From a virus (Duplodnaviria; Caudoviricetes), in the IMG/VR virus record IMGVR_UViG_3300007764_000117, positions 1 to 41,831 of that record: a DNA stretch of 41,831 nucleotides. One strand, written 5' to 3'. The translations under genes were made by a program, and so were the position numbers. Position 1 is the stretch's first letter; every line of letters begins with the position of its first letter. Shown here one piece after another: positions 41,502 to 41,831 of this stretch. The notes beneath the pieces are model-generated. The model saw only the letters and a program-made list of their open reading frames with translations, was not told the DNA's origin and ran no database searches.

Positions 41502-41831
41502 ATGAACCCCATCAAACCATCGGACCTGACACCCGGAGGGTGCTATGTCGATGCGAACCTCCAGGATGCGAACCTCCGGAACGCGGACCTCCGGGAGACG
41601 AACCTCCTGGGGGCGAAGCTCCGGTATGCGAACCTCTGCGGTGCGAACCTCTGCGGTGCGAACCTCCAGGATGCGAACCTCCAGAACGTGGACCTCCTGG
41701 GGGCGAACCTCCAGAACGCGGACCTTCAGAACGCGAACCTCCAGGATGCGGACCTTCAGAACGCGGACCTCCGGGGGGCATACCTCTGCGGTGCGAACCT
41801 CCGGCATGCGAACCTCCTGGAGGCGAACCTC
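41502..41831 (+). CDS. Second pentapeptide repeat protein (truncated by window end)
   Basis: MNPIKPSDLTPGGCYVDANLQDANLRNADL...; leader and N-terminus paralogous to the 40932 gene. Confidence 0.9.
   Translation, partial: MNPIKPSDLTPGGCYVDANLQDANLRNADLRETNLLGAKLRYANLCGANLCGANLQDANLQNVDLLGANLQNADLQNANLQDADLQNADLRGAYLCGANLRHANLLEANL

Noticed and set aside
40782-41807. Alternative-frame repeat ORFs (EVRPP, RTSGG, GGSPP)
   Set aside because: By-products of the 15-bp pentapeptide periodicity.
40932-41831. Diversity-generating retroelement TR/VR pair
   Set aside because: Differences between repeats are not adenine-specific and no reverse transcriptase is in the window.
1-41831. tRNA, rRNA, integrase/att, intron or intein
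   Set aside because: No cloverleaf, recombinase motifs or intein termini recognised by eye; PolA, TerL and primase are uninterrupted.

Overview
This window is most of a tailed-phage (Caudoviricetes) genome, GC-rich, with podovirus-type (short tail plus ejection protein) morphogenesis genes. It has three blocks. (1) 1-12956 (+): replication, recombination and nucleotide metabolism. It encodes a family A DNA polymerase, VRR-NUC nuclease, HD hydrolase, Cas4-like exonuclease, Sak4-like ATPase, GroES homolog, SSB-like protein, primase-SF3 helicase, dATP/dGTP diphosphohydrolase-like protein, metallophosphoesterase, a lipoprotein and a holin-like protein. (2) 38411-12948 (-): late operon with a GNAT, trypsin-like protease, TerS, TerL, portal, scaffold, major capsid, decoration, adaptor, nozzle, fibre and three ejection proteins. 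(3) 38837-end (+): early region with a repeat-rich, highly structured intergenic block, an HhH-glycosylase-like gene and tandem pentapeptide-repeat genes. The standout is the 2174-aa putative ejection protein. It carries an apparently intact radical SAM enzyme preceded by a cobalamin-binding-like domain, plus a degenerate GGDEF-like domain, suggesting a virion-delivered radical enzyme. A second unexplained element is a GTGAACCGAYAG motif in alternating orientation with nested hairpins at 39150-39630, which recurs over a promoter at 40592. No integrase, endolysin, tRNA, CRISPR array or PurZ was recognised. All calls are by-eye motif recognition; no searches were run.
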